Origin: an uncultured Candidatus Saccharibacteria bacterium
GTDB taxonomy: Bacteria > Patescibacteriota > Saccharimonadia > Saccharimonadales > JAGQNJ01
Direction of reading: 5' to 3'
DNA: 64,000 nucleotides
Assembly: GCA_964491925.1 (NCBI GenBank)
Contig: CAZBGZ010000001.1
Span: forward strand, 64,701 to 128,700
Positions within the stretch are counted from its first letter, which is position 1, and every line of letters begins with the position of its first letter. Below the pieces are notes generated by a model, which saw only the letters and a list, made by a program, of their open reading frames with translations, was not told the DNA's origin and made no database searches. Shown here in pieces: positions 19,503-29,640 of this stretch. Position numbers and translations under genes: made by a program.

Positions 19503-21290
19503 CTAATCTCTCTTTAACATTACGGTAAAAGCTTCTGGTGGAATCTCTACATTGCCAAATTTTTTCATACGAGCTTTACCACGCTTTTGTTTGGCCAATT
19601 GCTTCTTTTTCCTGGATACGTCACCACCGTATAACCCAATTGTAACATCTTTGCGAAAAGCGCTAATATCTTCACGCGCTATAAAATTAGCCCCAATGCC
19701 TGCTTGAAGCGCGACCTTGAACTGTTGCCTAGGGATAACATCCTTTAATTTCTTGACAACGTCACGACCCAACGCGACCGCTTCCGACCTATGCGTGACA
19801 ACCGCAAGCGCCTCTACTCGCTCGCCGGCGACGTAAAAATCTACTCTTACTAGATCTTCTGTTCGGTAGTTGTCGAGCTCGTAATTGAAAGACCCATACC
19901 CACTAGTGACAGATTTTAGGTGATCGTAGAAGTCAGTTAGCAAATTAGCCAAGGGGGCCTCGAAAGTCACGACCGTCAAGTCATCTACATATGACAGATT
20001 TTTTTGCTGTCCACGCTTGCTAGAGATAAGCTGAATGACTGCTCCAACAAAATCTTTAGGCACAACTATCTCGCCTTTTATCCATGGCTCACGAATCTCG
20101 GCGATGGTTGATGCATCAGGAACATCGGCAGCCGACCTAATGTCTAACTGCTGGCCATTTGTTAATACAACTTGATAGTCAGTTGAAGGATTCGTAACGA
20201 TTAACTCTAGGTTGTACTCTCGTTGCAAGCGCTCCTTTACGATGTCCATGTGCAGTAAACCCAAGAAACCAATGCGCAGGCCGAAACCTAAAACTGGTGA
20301 GTTTTCTGGGTCATAACGTAGTGCAGAATCAGACAAAGATAATTTTTCTACCGCTTCTTTTAACAGACTGAAGTCTTCGTTGCTATTTGGGAAAAATCCT
20401 GCATATACAAAAGGCTGGACGTCTTTGTACCCCGGCAATGAATGTTTGGCTTTACTTCTAGATAATGTAATTGTATCTCCAACCTTAGCTTCGCGGGTGC
20501 TCTTTAGGTTGGTTACGATGTAGCCAATTTCACCCGTACTCAACGCATCCATCTTTGTCATTTCAGGGGTTAGCCGCCCAACTTCTAGCGCAATTCCATC
20601 TGCCCCGGAGGCCATCATATGAATAACCTCATTTTTCTTTATAGCCCCGTCTATAACCCTCGCATAGAGAATTACCCCACGGTAATCGTCGTAGTAGCTA
20701 TCAAAAATCAAAGCTCTTGTTGCCGTATCGTCTTTTCCCTTGGGCGCGGGTACATCAGCTACTACTCGCTCTAATACACCATCAACCCCGACGCCAGTCT
20801 TTGCAGAGATATGCAAGATATCTTCTTTTTTACAGCCTAGTAGCGCAACTATTTCGGCGCCAACCCTATCAACATCAGCAGCAGGTAAATCAATTTTATT
20901 CAGCACGGGTATGATAGTTAAGTCTGCGGCAATAGCTAGATAGACATTTGCCAATGTCTGGGCTTGGATTCCCTGACTTGCATCAACAATCAGAATTGCA
21001 CCCTCACAGGCTTCCAGGCTTCTAGAAACTTCATAGCTAAAATCAACATGTCCTGGGGTATCGATAAGATTCAACTCGTAATCTTTGTACTTCATTCTTA
21101 CAGGTTGGAGTTTTATCGTAATTCCCTTTTCTCGCTCCAAATCCATGCGATCCAGTAGTTGCGCTTTCATATTTCGCATCTCGACGGTTCCAGTAATTTC
21201 TAGTAGTCGGTCAGCCAAAGTAGACTTGCCGTGATCGATATGGGCAATAATACAAAAGTTTCTTATATGGTCTTGTCTCATTGAAAACAC
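19503..21290 (-). CDS. lepA: translation elongation factor 4 (LepA)
   Basis: IRNFCIIAHIDHGKSTLADR, DTPGHVDF and NKIDLP GTPase motifs, plus the LepA C-terminal domain. 595 aa. Confidence 0.95.
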   Translation of the reverse strand: MFSMRQDHIRNFCIIAHIDHGKSTLADRLLEITGTVEMRNMKAQLLDRMDLEREKGITIKLQPVRMKYKDYELNLIDTPGHVDFSYEVSRSLEACEGAILIVDASQGIQAQTLANVYLAIAADLTIIPVLNKIDLPAADVDRVGAEIVALLGCKKEDILHISAKTGVGVDGVLERVVADVPAPKGKDDTATRALIFDSYYDDYRGVILYARVIDGAIKKNEVIHMMASGADGIALEVGRLTPEMTKMDALSTGEIGYIVTNLKSTREAKVGDTITLSRSKAKHSLPGYKDVQPFVYAGFFPNSNEDFSLLKEAVEKLSLSDSALRYDPENSPVLGFGLRIGFLGLLHMDIVKERLQREYNLELIVTNPSTDYQVVLTNGQQLDIRSAADVPDASTIAEIREPWIKGEIVVPKDFVGAVIQLISSKRGQQKNLSYVDDLTVVTFEAPLANLLTDFYDHLKSVTSGYGSFNYELDNYRTEDLVRVDFYVAGERVEALAVVTHRSEAVALGRDVVKKLKDVIPRQQFKVALQAGIGANFIAREDISAFRKDVTIGLYGGDVSRKKKQLAKQKRGKARMKKFGNVEIPPEAFTVMLKRD

Positions 21291-21313
21291 ATTATAACAG
21301 AGGTAGCTCTCTG

Positions 21314-22930
21314 TTACCAGTCGATGTTGATCGGCTTCAAAATAACTTTCTTGATTCTTTCAGTTACAGGTTTAACTTCTTCGATGTTGAATAAGGCCGA
21401 CATGGTTATATATATACTAAAAGTAACTGCACTAATCGCAGTGAGTTTTGTCCCCAGAGTAATTACCCCCGTATCATTTGCTTCTAGTGGGAAAAGTGAA
21501 ATCATTACAAATGTCCCGACTATTGCAAATCCCGTAACGGATAGTATCCGCACAAGATCACCGGCATATTTTAGACTGAATAATTTTCTATCTCGCTTAA
21601 TTATTATGGCCAGCAAAATAATAACTTCAATCATCGCAGACAGAGTCTGCGCCAACGCCAGACCAGCCACATTGTACACACCAGGACGAGCTAGGGTAAA
21701 AGCAAGATAAATGTTCAACCCAATTGTAATCAGAGAAATGATTAATGGCGTAACAGTATCCTTATGTGCATAAAAGTAGCGTGATAATATCTGGTAAATA
21801 GTTCTGAAAAACATAGCACCACACAAAAATCCTAGGATTAGGGCGATTTGCTGAGAATCCCTGGTAAAAATAATTCTAGCTAAGTAACCTCGTGCAAAGT
21901 AAGTCACTATCAATATCGGCATTGATATCCAAATCATAGCCTTTAGGACTTTCAAAAACTCCCTTCGGAAAAGATCGGGTCGTCCCTGGGACAGACGCTC
22001 GGTCATCCTAGGAAATGCTGCTGTTGAAATTGCCGTACCAATCAGAAGTATTGGGGTTGTATGAATAACGTAGGCATTTTCGTAATAGGTTATATTTCCC
22101 TCGCCTAATTGCCTTGCAAACCTAGTCTCAACAATACTGTTAATCGCATCTATCCCTTGATCGATAGATCTAGCTGGTAGTTGGCGCAGCACCCCACGAA
22201 GCGCCTTGTTTTCCCATCGGATCATTGTTTCGTAACGGAACTTTGTTCCCCACATACCAAGAAAGGCAATAAGTAGTTGAATGAATGCACCAACTGCTGC
22301 ACCTACTCCAAGCCCTACAATACCTAAATGACCTGGGCCACCGTCATGAGGAGCTACTGTGCTAAAGACTATCGCGCTGATAATTATACAAAGGTTATAA
22401 AATAATGGTGCGATTGCATAGAAAAAAAATCGTCCTATTGTCTGTTGGATACTCATAAGAACGCCAGAGATGGTGAAGAAAAGAGGATTCAGTGAAATAA
22501 GGCGCATTATCATAACAGCGTTATTGAGCTGTTCTCCATTGATTCCGGGCGCAACATGCTGTATCAAAGGCTTTGCAAAAATAATGATAGCCAAAGCAAT
22601 AAAGCCCATAACCATCATCATTATGTTTAGCAAGCTAGAAGATAATCGCCAAGCTCCTTTGCGATCATTATTTTCTAGTTTATCTGACAAATATGGTATA
22701 AAAGCAACCCCAAGTGCACCGGCAGCAATAGTAAGAAAAAAGAAATCGGGAATTTTAAACGCTGCAAAAAATGCATCCGTACTTTGTGGCCCGACCGCCG
22801 GGAAATTAGCATTAATGAGTTTTATTCTCAAAAATCCCAATATCTGACCAATCAAAGAAATACCAATCAAAAGAGAGGCGGCGCCACTCACAGACATACG
22901 TTTTGTAGCTCTGCGTAATAATCGATTCAT
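21314..22930 (-). CDS. murJ: lipid II flippase MurJ (MviN family)
   Basis: 538-aa, roughly 14-TM MOP-superfamily protein with a typical MurJ N-terminus (SGAASLLIGISLIGQILGFLR). Confidence 0.8.
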   Translation of the reverse strand: MNRLLRRATKRMSVSGAASLLIGISLIGQILGFLRIKLINANFPAVGPQSTDAFFAAFKIPDFFFLTIAAGALGVAFIPYLSDKLENNDRKGAWRLSSSLLNIMMMVMGFIALAIIIFAKPLIQHVAPGINGEQLNNAVMIMRLISLNPLFFTISGVLMSIQQTIGRFFFYAIAPLFYNLCIIISAIVFSTVAPHDGGPGHLGIVGLGVGAAVGAFIQLLIAFLGMWGTKFRYETMIRWENKALRGVLRQLPARSIDQGIDAINSIVETRFARQLGEGNITYYENAYVIHTTPILLIGTAISTAAFPRMTERLSQGRPDLFRREFLKVLKAMIWISMPILIVTYFARGYLARIIFTRDSQQIALILGFLCGAMFFRTIYQILSRYFYAHKDTVTPLIISLITIGLNIYLAFTLARPGVYNVAGLALAQTLSAMIEVIILLAIIIKRDRKLFSLKYAGDLVRILSVTGFAIVGTFVMISLFPLEANDTGVITLGTKLTAISAVTFSIYITMSALFNIEEVKPVTERIKKVILKPINIDW

Positions 22931-22985
22931 TTAAACCTATTATAGGAGTTGGAGGCTAAATTTGAAACAGCGAAATAGCTCGATT

Positions 22986-24854
22986 CTAGTAAAGTGCAGC
23001 TGTCTTGGGCATAACCGAGCCCTTGAGTATTTCTAGGACTTCTTCGGCTTCTACGGTTTCTTTTTCGATCAACGAATTCTTTAGTTGTTCGAGCTTGCTC
23101 TTGTTTGCTTTTATAACTTCCCGGGCACGTCTTGCAGCCTCACTTATTAGTGACTCTATTTCGTCGTCAATGACTTTGGCAGTCTCTTCAGAGTATTGCC
23201 TCTCGTGCATTAGTTTGTCCATCATAATGCCCTCGTCTGTATGGAAAACCTGATCACGGAGTTTTTTGCCCATTCCCTGATTTGTTACCATATCCCTAGC
23301 TAGTTCTGCGGCTTTTTGAAGATCGCTTCCAGCACCGGTAGTTACTCTCTCGGGGCCATATATAACTTCCTCTGCGACGCGACCGCCTAGCATTCTGGCT
23401 AATACGTCTTTGAACTCGATGATGCTATGATAGCTTTTATCTTCTGGCGGGATGAACCATGTCACCCCTCCTGTGCCACCACGCGGGATAATTGTAACCT
23501 TGTGAACCATGTCACTATCAGGCAAAACATGGCCGACTATTGCATGCCCAGCTTCGTGATATGCGGTTAAGTTCTTTTCTTCCAGGCTCATGACTTTGCT
23601 TTTGCGCTCCGGGCCAATGGCCACTTTTTCGAATGCCGCCGTTACGTCACTTTGGCTAATTTCTTTATGTCCATGTCGTGCTGCAATAATTGCGGCTTCA
23701 TTGATAATATTCGCTAGATCTGCACCTGATGTTCCTGCTGTTTTAGCTGCTAGTGCGTCCAGGTCAACTGACTTAGCCATTGGTTTTTTAGCGCTATGGA
23801 CTTCCAGGATCGCTTGGCGGTCCTTGCGATCTGGCAAATCAATAACAACACGTCGGTCAAAACGCCCAGGTCGAAGTAACGCTTTATCCAATACGTCTGC
23901 GCGGTTAGTAGCAGCCAAAACAATAACATTCTGCCCTTGCTCAAAACCGTCCATTTCCACAAGTATCTGGTTTAGTGTTTGTTCACGTTCATCGTGACCA
24001 CCACCCATTCCTGATCCACGCTTACGTCCTACTGCATCTATCTCATCAATAAAAATTATGCAAGGTGCATTCTTTTTAGCCTTTGCGAAAAGATCTCGGA
24101 CTCTGCTGGCCCCCACCCCAACGAACATTTCAACGAATTCTGAACCAGAAATACTAAAGAAGGGAACAGCTGCCTCGCCTGCAACAGCACGAGCCAGCAT
24201 AGTCTTACCTGTCCCCGGTGGCCCTACCAGAAGAACACCCTTCGGTATTTTAGCTCCGACATTCTCGAACTTTTTTGGAAACTTCAAAAACTCAACAACT
24301 TCTTCCAAGTCTTGCTTGGCTTCGTTGGTACCCGCAATATCCTTAAAGGCAACCTTGGTTTTTTCATTTCCGTAAAGCCTGGCTTTACTCTTGCCAAAGC
24401 TCATAGCTTGATTGCCTTGCCCCTGAGCGCTCCTCAGCATAAAAAATAAAAATCCACTAATAAAAATCACGGGCAATATAGATATGCCTACATTCAGCCA
24501 CATATTTGTGCTATCGCTGGCCGGTTTGTTGATTATTTCTACATCACGGTTAGTTAATCCTTGCTCGTAGATACTGGACCCTGCTTCTTTTCGAGATTTT
24601 TCAGTCGCCTTGTCCTCTCCTTTTTTAACCACCGTTAGGTCTTCGCCAGTTACAGTAATTGTTTTAATCTCTCCCTTGTTGGCTCTGTTAACAACGTCAT
24701 TAAAGGGAACGCTTTTTAAGTTATCCGTTGGCTTATAGGCAGCGAATATAACTAGGCCGATTAAAATTATTAGTGCAACGAACCCAAAATTTTTAAAACC
24801 GCGCTTGCGGTCGTAATTGCCACTACCTGGCTTCTTGAACGGTTTTTTATCCAT
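22986..24854 (-). CDS. ftsH: ATP-dependent zinc metalloprotease FtsH
   Basis: Two TM helices, Walker A GPPGTGKT, Walker [12 protein letters not shown] region and the HEAGHA zinc motif. Confidence 0.97.
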   Translation of the reverse strand: MDKKPFKKPGSGNYDRKRGFKNFGFVALIILIGLVIFAAYKPTDNLKSVPFNDVVNRANKGEIKTITVTGEDLTVVKKGEDKATEKSRKEAGSSIYEQGLTNRDVEIINKPASDSTNMWLNVGISILPVIFISGFLFFMLRSAQGQGNQAMSFGKSKARLYGNEKTKVAFKDIAGTNEAKQDLEEVVEFLKFPKKFENVGAKIPKGVLLVGPPGTGKTMLARAVAGEAAVPFFSISGSEFVEMFVGVGASRVRDLFAKAKKNAPCIIFIDEIDAVGRKRGSGMGGGHDEREQTLNQILVEMDGFEQGQNVIVLAATNRADVLDKALLRPGRFDRRVVIDLPDRKDRQAILEVHSAKKPMAKSVDLDALAAKTAGTSGADLANIINEAAIIAARHGHKEISQSDVTAAFEKVAIGPERKSKVMSLEEKNLTAYHEAGHAIVGHVLPDSDMVHKVTIIPRGGTGGVTWFIPPEDKSYHSIIEFKDVLARMLGGRVAEEVIYGPERVTTGAGSDLQKAAELARDMVTNQGMGKKLRDQVFHTDEGIMMDKLMHERQYSEETAKVIDDEIESLISEAARRAREVIKANKSKLEQLKNSLIEKETVEAEEVLEILKGSVMPKTAALY

Positions 24855-24883
24855 ATGTAGGGCTATTATACCTTAATCAATGA

Positions 24884-25783
24884 TTAATTTTGAATACTCG
24901 AAAATTTCTTCAGTAGTAGTTTTTGATCATGGATTTCTAAATTCAGATTTTTTGAAATTTCAATCTGTTTCCCAGATCTAAGTGTTTTAGCGCCTACGAC
25001 CAATTTGTTTATAGTTTTTTTATCAAAATCACTATAACTGTTTTCTCTCAGCCACTCAGCCATAACCTCAGTTGCAACCGAATGCGGAAGAGCTAATAGC
25101 TTTTTTCTGTCTACGCTATTGGCTTGTAACTGAATTGCGGACAGTTGTTTTTTGACTGCGGCATCCAGTTCCTTGTTTAACTTTTTCATTTCTGAATGAG
25201 TTTTTGTTAGTTGTTCTAGTTGGGCGGCAGAAAGTTTAGGCATCACGTTATGCCTAATCCAGTTGCGTGTATAAGCATCCGAATCGTTAGTGCTGTCTTC
25301 TCGCCATTCAAGATTGTGTTTTTTCGCATAATGAACAATTTCTAGTTTGGTTTTATCTATTAGTGGTCGACAAATTGACCCGCTACTAGATAGCGCTACA
25401 AAGCCTTTTCTGTTTGTTCCACGCAGAATATTAAAAACTGCTGTTTCCATTGCATCGTTGTGATGGTGGGCAGTCACTATTGCCTCTGCCTCATATTTTT
25501 TGCGAATTTTTTGCAAAAACTTATATCTTTGATTACGAGCCTCTTCTTCACTTACGCTGCTGCCCAAATTCCCTTCTTCGAACTCAAAAGGTAACATATA
25601 TTTTTGCGATAGAGTCGCAACAAATATTCTGTCGTCTGGTGAATCTGGTCTAATCCCATGATCAAAATGAGCCACAATCAAGTCTAGTTCTTTTTGTTTA
25701 GCCAACAAATCAAGCAAAACAACCGAATCGACCCCTCCTGACACAGCTACTACATATTTTCCTGGTTTAATATCAACAATCAC
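24884..25783 (-). CDS. tilS: tRNA(Ile)-lysidine synthase TilS
   Basis: N-terminal PP-loop SGGVDS, length about 300 aa, located next to ftsH as in many bacteria. Confidence 0.85.
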   Translation of the reverse strand: MIVDIKPGKYVVAVSGGVDSVVLLDLLAKQKELDLIVAHFDHGIRPDSPDDRIFVATLSQKYMLPFEFEEGNLGSSVSEEEARNQRYKFLQKIRKKYEAEAIVTAHHHNDAMETAVFNILRGTNRKGFVALSSSGSICRPLIDKTKLEIVHYAKKHNLEWREDSTNDSDAYTRNWIRHNVMPKLSAAQLEQLTKTHSEMKKLNKELDAAVKKQLSAIQLQANSVDRKKLLALPHSVATEVMAEWLRENSYSDFDKKTINKLVVGAKTLRSGKQIEISKNLNLEIHDQKLLLKKFSSIQN

Positions 25784-25816
25784 ACATGTATTCTACACAA
25801 ACCGACGTAGTTTTGT

Positions 25817-26089
25817 TTATTGACCGACAATTCTGTAGGCGGATTCTACGACAATAATTCGGGCCATATCCTCCCCGCCCCTTATCGCTCCGCGGCCTAG
25901 CTGAACCAATCTTGCGTGGTGTTCATCAAGGTCTTCGTGCCTCAAAGACTCTAAAAACCTAGTAGCCTCATCAACTGACATATTTATTGCTGGCCCCAAT
26001 TCTGGGTCTCTTGGCCGGAGTAGGTTTTGGTCAACAACCATTAAATCAATCGGTGAAGGTTGGTCAGCCTCGTAAAAAGAAGCCGACAT
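25817..26089 (-). CDS. hypothetical acidic small protein
   Basis: 90-aa ORF with no motif recognised. Confidence 0.35.
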   Translation of the reverse strand: MSASFYEADQPSPIDLMVVDQNLLRPRDPELGPAINMSVDEATRFLESLRHEDLDEHHARLVQLGRGAIRGGEDMARIIVVESAYRIVGQ

Positions 26090-26092
26090 AAG

Positions 26093-27106
26093 CTAAGCTC
26101 TCAATACTCCGTCTAATAATGCCATTCGGACGTATAGGCCGTTGCCAGCCTGTTCGAAGTATGTAGCTCTTGGATCTTTGTCTACATCTGGGTGAATCTC
26201 GTCTACTCTAGGCAGTGGGTGCATAATAATAGCTTTTTTCGGCATATGTTTTAGGGTATTAACGTCCATGACAAATCCCTTTTTAGGAATAGAAGCTAGG
26301 TTTTTAATTCTTTCTTTTTGAAGCCTTGTCCAGTAAACAACATCTGAATCTTTTACGGCTTTATTTATGTCTGAGGTTTCAACAAACTTAATTCCTTTTC
26401 GCTTCAAAATAGTTTTTATATCTTGCCCTATCTGTAGCTCAGGAACCGACACAAAGACAAATTCATTATTGCTAAACTTGGCCAGTAGTTTTGTTAGTGA
26501 CCTAACCGTCCTACCATTTTTTAGATCTCCACCGAGAACAATTTTTGTATTGTTCAGTCGTCCAAAGTTTTTATAAATCGTGTAAGCATCCAAGAGAGAC
26601 TGAGTCGGATGTTCTCCAGCGCCGTCCCCACCGTTAATAATAGGTGTCTTGCTTACCTTGGTAGCTCTTTTTGCGGCACCTTTTTCGTTATGCCTCATGA
26701 CTATGACATCATAGCCATAGTTATCTAGCACAGAGATAGAATCCTCCAAAGTTTCTCCTTTGATTGCAGATGAAAACTCGCCAGCGTTCTCTGTACTGAC
26801 TAGCCCCATGCCCAGTTTTACCGCTGCCGTTTCAAAACTCAGCCGAGTTCTAGTAGATGGTTCGTAAAACAAACTACATAGTTGTCGCCCAAGATGCATT
26901 GTGGCTATTTCGCGCCGTGATTCAAACGACCTATCCCACTCTCTGAATTGATCAGCTCTCTGGAAAAGCTCATCTAGTTGTTTTTTATTAAATTGGTTAA
27001 CGGTAATTACATGTGGGACTTTATCTTTTGTTGCAATTTTTTGCTTTAAAAAAACATCTCGCGCTGGAGATGTCGTGTGCCTAGTAGGTTTGGTTTTGAT
27101 TGCCAT
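26093..27106 (-). CDS. pyrB: aspartate carbamoyltransferase catalytic subunit
   Basis: EPSTRTRLSFE carbamoyl-phosphate site and HPLPR aspartate-site motif. Confidence 0.88.
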   Translation of the reverse strand: MAIKTKPTRHTTSPARDVFLKQKIATKDKVPHVITVNQFNKKQLDELFQRADQFREWDRSFESRREIATMHLGRQLCSLFYEPSTRTRLSFETAAVKLGMGLVSTENAGEFSSAIKGETLEDSISVLDNYGYDVIVMRHNEKGAAKRATKVSKTPIINGGDGAGEHPTQSLLDAYTIYKNFGRLNNTKIVLGGDLKNGRTVRSLTKLLAKFSNNEFVFVSVPELQIGQDIKTILKRKGIKFVETSDINKAVKDSDVVYWTRLQKERIKNLASIPKKGFVMDVNTLKHMPKKAIIMHPLPRVDEIHPDVDKDPRATYFEQAGNGLYVRMALLDGVLRA

Positions 27107-27208
27107 ACTAGGACTTAATTATAACAAGCCTTAAAACCATAAGCAAGTATTAATATAAACAACCTATTCAACAGAGGCAAAACATGATATATTTCACCAG
27201 TCACACAT

Positions 27209-27285
27209 GTCGGTGTAGCTCAGTTGGTTAGAGCGCAGGACTCATAAGCCTGAGGTCGTTGGTTCAATTCCAACCACCGACACCA
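27209..27285 (+). tRNA. tRNA with CAU anticodon (elongator Met or Ile2-lysidine), CCA encoded
   Basis: Acceptor GTCGGTG/CACCGAC, D arm GCTC-AGTTGGTTA-GAGC, anticodon loop CTCATAA, T arm GTTGG-TTCAATT-CCAAC, ACCA end. Confidence 0.88.
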
Positions 27286-27458
27286 TTAGATAAGCACTTC
27301 ACCTGAAGTGGTTTTTTTATGTAGACAGATATTTGGAATTGAACCTCGGTGGCAAATAGCCAGTTGGCTGTTTGCGTTTTACCTACTTGCTTGCATGCGC
27401 AATGACTTTAGTCATTTTGTCGCTAGCAGAGGATAAAGGATTCCAACCGCCGACACCA
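27286..27458 (+). repeat. ~155 nt structured non-coding element bounded by an 18 nt copy of the tRNA 3' end
   Basis: Terminator hairpin at 27295-27318. Inverted copy of the tRNA T-arm (TTGGAATTGAACC, 27333-27345). Hairpins AGCCA-gt-TGGCT and AATGAC-ttta-GTCATT. TTCCAACCgCCGACACCA at 27441-27458 matches the tRNA 3' end at 17 of 18 positions. A homologous element lies inverted at 52534-52691. Confidence 0.8.
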
Positions 27459-27533
27459 TAATGCTTATTCTTATTGTTCCTTCTATTTTACCGGCGTACA
27501 ATATGAATAAGTAATCTAAATTAAGGAATTCTA

Positions 27534-28160
27534 ATGAAAAAAATAAACCAAAAAGGCTTCGGACTAGTTGAAGGCTCACTCATTTTTGTAATTATAGCTC
27601 TCATTGGTGGTTTAGGTTTCTATGTTTATAACGCTCGAGGAACTGCCGGGAACAACGATATTTCTACAACTACACCTTACAACAAAAAAACTACCAAAAA
27701 AGATATTCCAGCCCCAAAACAAGAAGTGGATGCCACTATCACTGACGTTAATATTCAAATTACCTCTAAATCGGATATTAATAAGTTGCCCACAACTACG
27801 CCGGCGAGCTTCAAGGCTTACATAACCAACGAATTAAATACCGACAAACCTGACACCGACGGCTGCTTGGTTGCGTATTCAATTACCAAAATCAGTCAAG
27901 TAAATATTAAGGGTGGTGAGTTCAGAGTAAGTAGTAGTGGCAACGCTAGTGACCAAAATTGTATGACTGGCGGGGCACCCAACCTATGGGTACTTACACC
28001 GAGTGGGAACTGGGATCGCGTAACATTAAATGGCCCCATGTGTAAAAGCAAAAACGGAGGTTTAGTTTACAAAGAATTTGCTCCGGAATGTCATACAAAC
28101 ACTAATTCGTCATCTTTGGTTAAAAACCCTAACGGTTCAATAACCTCTTTGGCGAAATAG
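27534..28160 (+). CDS. type IV pilin-like protein (prepilin-type N-terminus)
   Basis: MKKINQKG|FGLVEGSLIFVIIALIGGL is a class III signal with Glu at +5 and a hydrophobic helix. Confidence 0.65.
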   Translation: MKKINQKGFGLVEGSLIFVIIALIGGLGFYVYNARGTAGNNDISTTTPYNKKTTKKDIPAPKQEVDATITDVNIQITSKSDINKLPTTTPASFKAYITNELNTDKPDTDGCLVAYSITKISQVNIKGGEFRVSSSGNASDQNCMTGGAPNLWVLTPSGNWDRVTLNGPMCKSKNGGLVYKEFAPECHTNTNSSSLVKNPNGSITSLAK

Positions 28161-28257
28161 ATACAAATTAATTCTAACCCGAGCTACTTCGTTACAATTT
28201 ATCTCTGTACTGACGCTTTTAAAGAGCTAAAGCTCGCAAGAGAAGTTGTTTGTGTCT

Positions 28258-28431
28258 TTAGCCTTCGAAATATTGGCCCATTTTATAGCCAACCCAAAGC
28301 CCTACTATTGTTCCAACAAATCCACCTAGCAAACTCCATCCTGAGAGCATATTAGTATCGCCAAATAGCACCGGGAGATATCCACCTATCATGCCACCGA
28401 CTGCTGCCCCTATATATAACAATAATTTCAT
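28258..28431 (-). CDS. small Gly-rich membrane protein (GlsB/YeaQ/YmgE-like)
   Basis: 57-aa ORF below the track cutoff: MKLLLYIGAAVGGMIGGYLPVLFGDTNMLSGWSLLGGFVGTIVGLWVGYKMGQYFEG, with two GxxxG-rich helices. Confidence 0.5.
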   Translation of the reverse strand: MKLLLYIGAAVGGMIGGYLPVLFGDTNMLSGWSLLGGFVGTIVGLWVGYKMGQYFEG

Positions 28432-28451
28432 TCGTTATTATTATACTCTTA

Positions 28452-28985
28452 CTAGGTTTCAAAAATATTTGGAGAGACTCGTTCCCATTTTGGCACGCAA
28501 ACAGTCATTGCATACTCGCAAATAGTACGATTATCAGAGAACATTTCTTTTTCTGGTAATGCCTTCATCTCTTCCACCGTAAATAGTCGCCGCTTTTTTG
28601 ATTCACCGTAGGCAACATTATTTTTTGGCTCTTGTTTTGTTACAAATACAAAGCCTAGATCGGTGTGCATATGATCATTAGTTATATTGTGGGTACTATG
28701 GACAAATGGCTGTGGGTGCAGCGTCGAGCGATCTATATTTTTTAATCTCTCTTTTGGCTGCAATAGTTCTAATTGGTCAAAATCGTAGCCTGTTTCTTCA
28801 CGCAGTTCGTGTTTCATGGCCTGCCATGGTGTTTCATCAAGCTCTATATGACCACCAAACTGCATAAAAACATGTAGTTTTTTATGCCTGTGTAATAAAA
28901 TTCTTGGCTTACTATCGTCGATCCTAATAATGTAAGCGCTAACGGTATGATCATGTTGGCCTGGCTCCGTATGAATATGTGGCAT
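28452..28985 (-). CDS. NUDIX hydrolase
   Basis: Nudix box GGHIELDETPWQAMKHELREETGY. Confidence 0.8.
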   Translation of the reverse strand: MPHIHTEPGQHDHTVSAYIIRIDDSKPRILLHRHKKLHVFMQFGGHIELDETPWQAMKHELREETGYDFDQLELLQPKERLKNIDRSTLHPQPFVHSTHNITNDHMHTDLGFVFVTKQEPKNNVAYGESKKRRLFTVEEMKALPEKEMFSDNRTICEYAMTVCVPKWERVSPNIFET

Positions 28986-29311
28986 AGTCCTACTATAAAC
29001 TATTCACGTGCACTATTAGGCGAGTATCGATAGGTCTTATCCTAATATAATTTCATCCAGTTCGAGTATGCGCTCGTCTGACGTTGTGGTTGCTTCGTAC
29101 GTTAATTCTAACATTTGGTGCCCTTTTTTAGTTTTTGTTATCGATTTACGATATTTATTATTATACACGTTTTTGCTATTTATGCAAGTATTTTGTTTCG
29201 TAATATATTATTGACAACTGCTACCCCTGTTTGCTAATATGTAGCTTGCTTACATTGCAACGGCGCCCTTCGATAAACTCAGGGTTGCTTCAGTCTCTAA
29301 CGAGACTTCGG

Positions 29312-29386
29312 CGCGGGATGGAGCAGCGGCAGCTCGCGTGGCTCATAACCACGAGGTCCCAGGTTCGAGTCCTGGTCCCGCAACCA
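29312..29386 (+). tRNA. initiator tRNA-fMet (CAU), CCA encoded
   Basis: CGCGGGA...TCCCGCA acceptor with the C1xA72 mismatch typical of bacterial initiators, anticodon loop CTCATAA, T arm CCAGG-TTCGAGT-CCTGG. Confidence 0.88.
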
Positions 29387-29453
29387 TAAAAAACGTCTCA
29401 ACATTCGTTGGGGCTTTTTTTATTGCTGTGGCCAAGACTTGGTTCTGGGACGC
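29381..29453 (+). repeat. direct repeat, left copy (tRNA-fMet 3' end plus downstream flank)
   Basis: CAACCATAAAAAACG...TTGGGGCTTTTTTTATTG...GGTTCTGGGACGC recurs at 30591-30663. Confidence 0.8.
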
Positions 29454-29545
29454 ATACTGCTTCAGCAGTATGCAAGTCCCTGGTACGGTCATCAAGCTCG
29501 AGCACAGGAGTTTACTCCGAGCACGAGTGCCGGATGTGCCATTGC

Positions 29546-29561
29546 CCTGGTCCCACAACCA
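29546..29561 (+). repeat. additional copy of the tRNA-fMet 3' end
   Basis: CCTGGTCCCaCAACCA against the tRNA's CCTGGTCCCGCAACCA. Preceded by split T-arm pieces (GGTTCT at 29441, GTCCCTGGT at 29476). Confidence 0.75.
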
Positions 29562-29640
29562 AGCACTTTGATTTTTGTATCTTTCTGTTGAGGTTTTTGA
29601 TGCCATAAATCCTAAGGAGTTATTAGGTTCGAGTCCTGCT

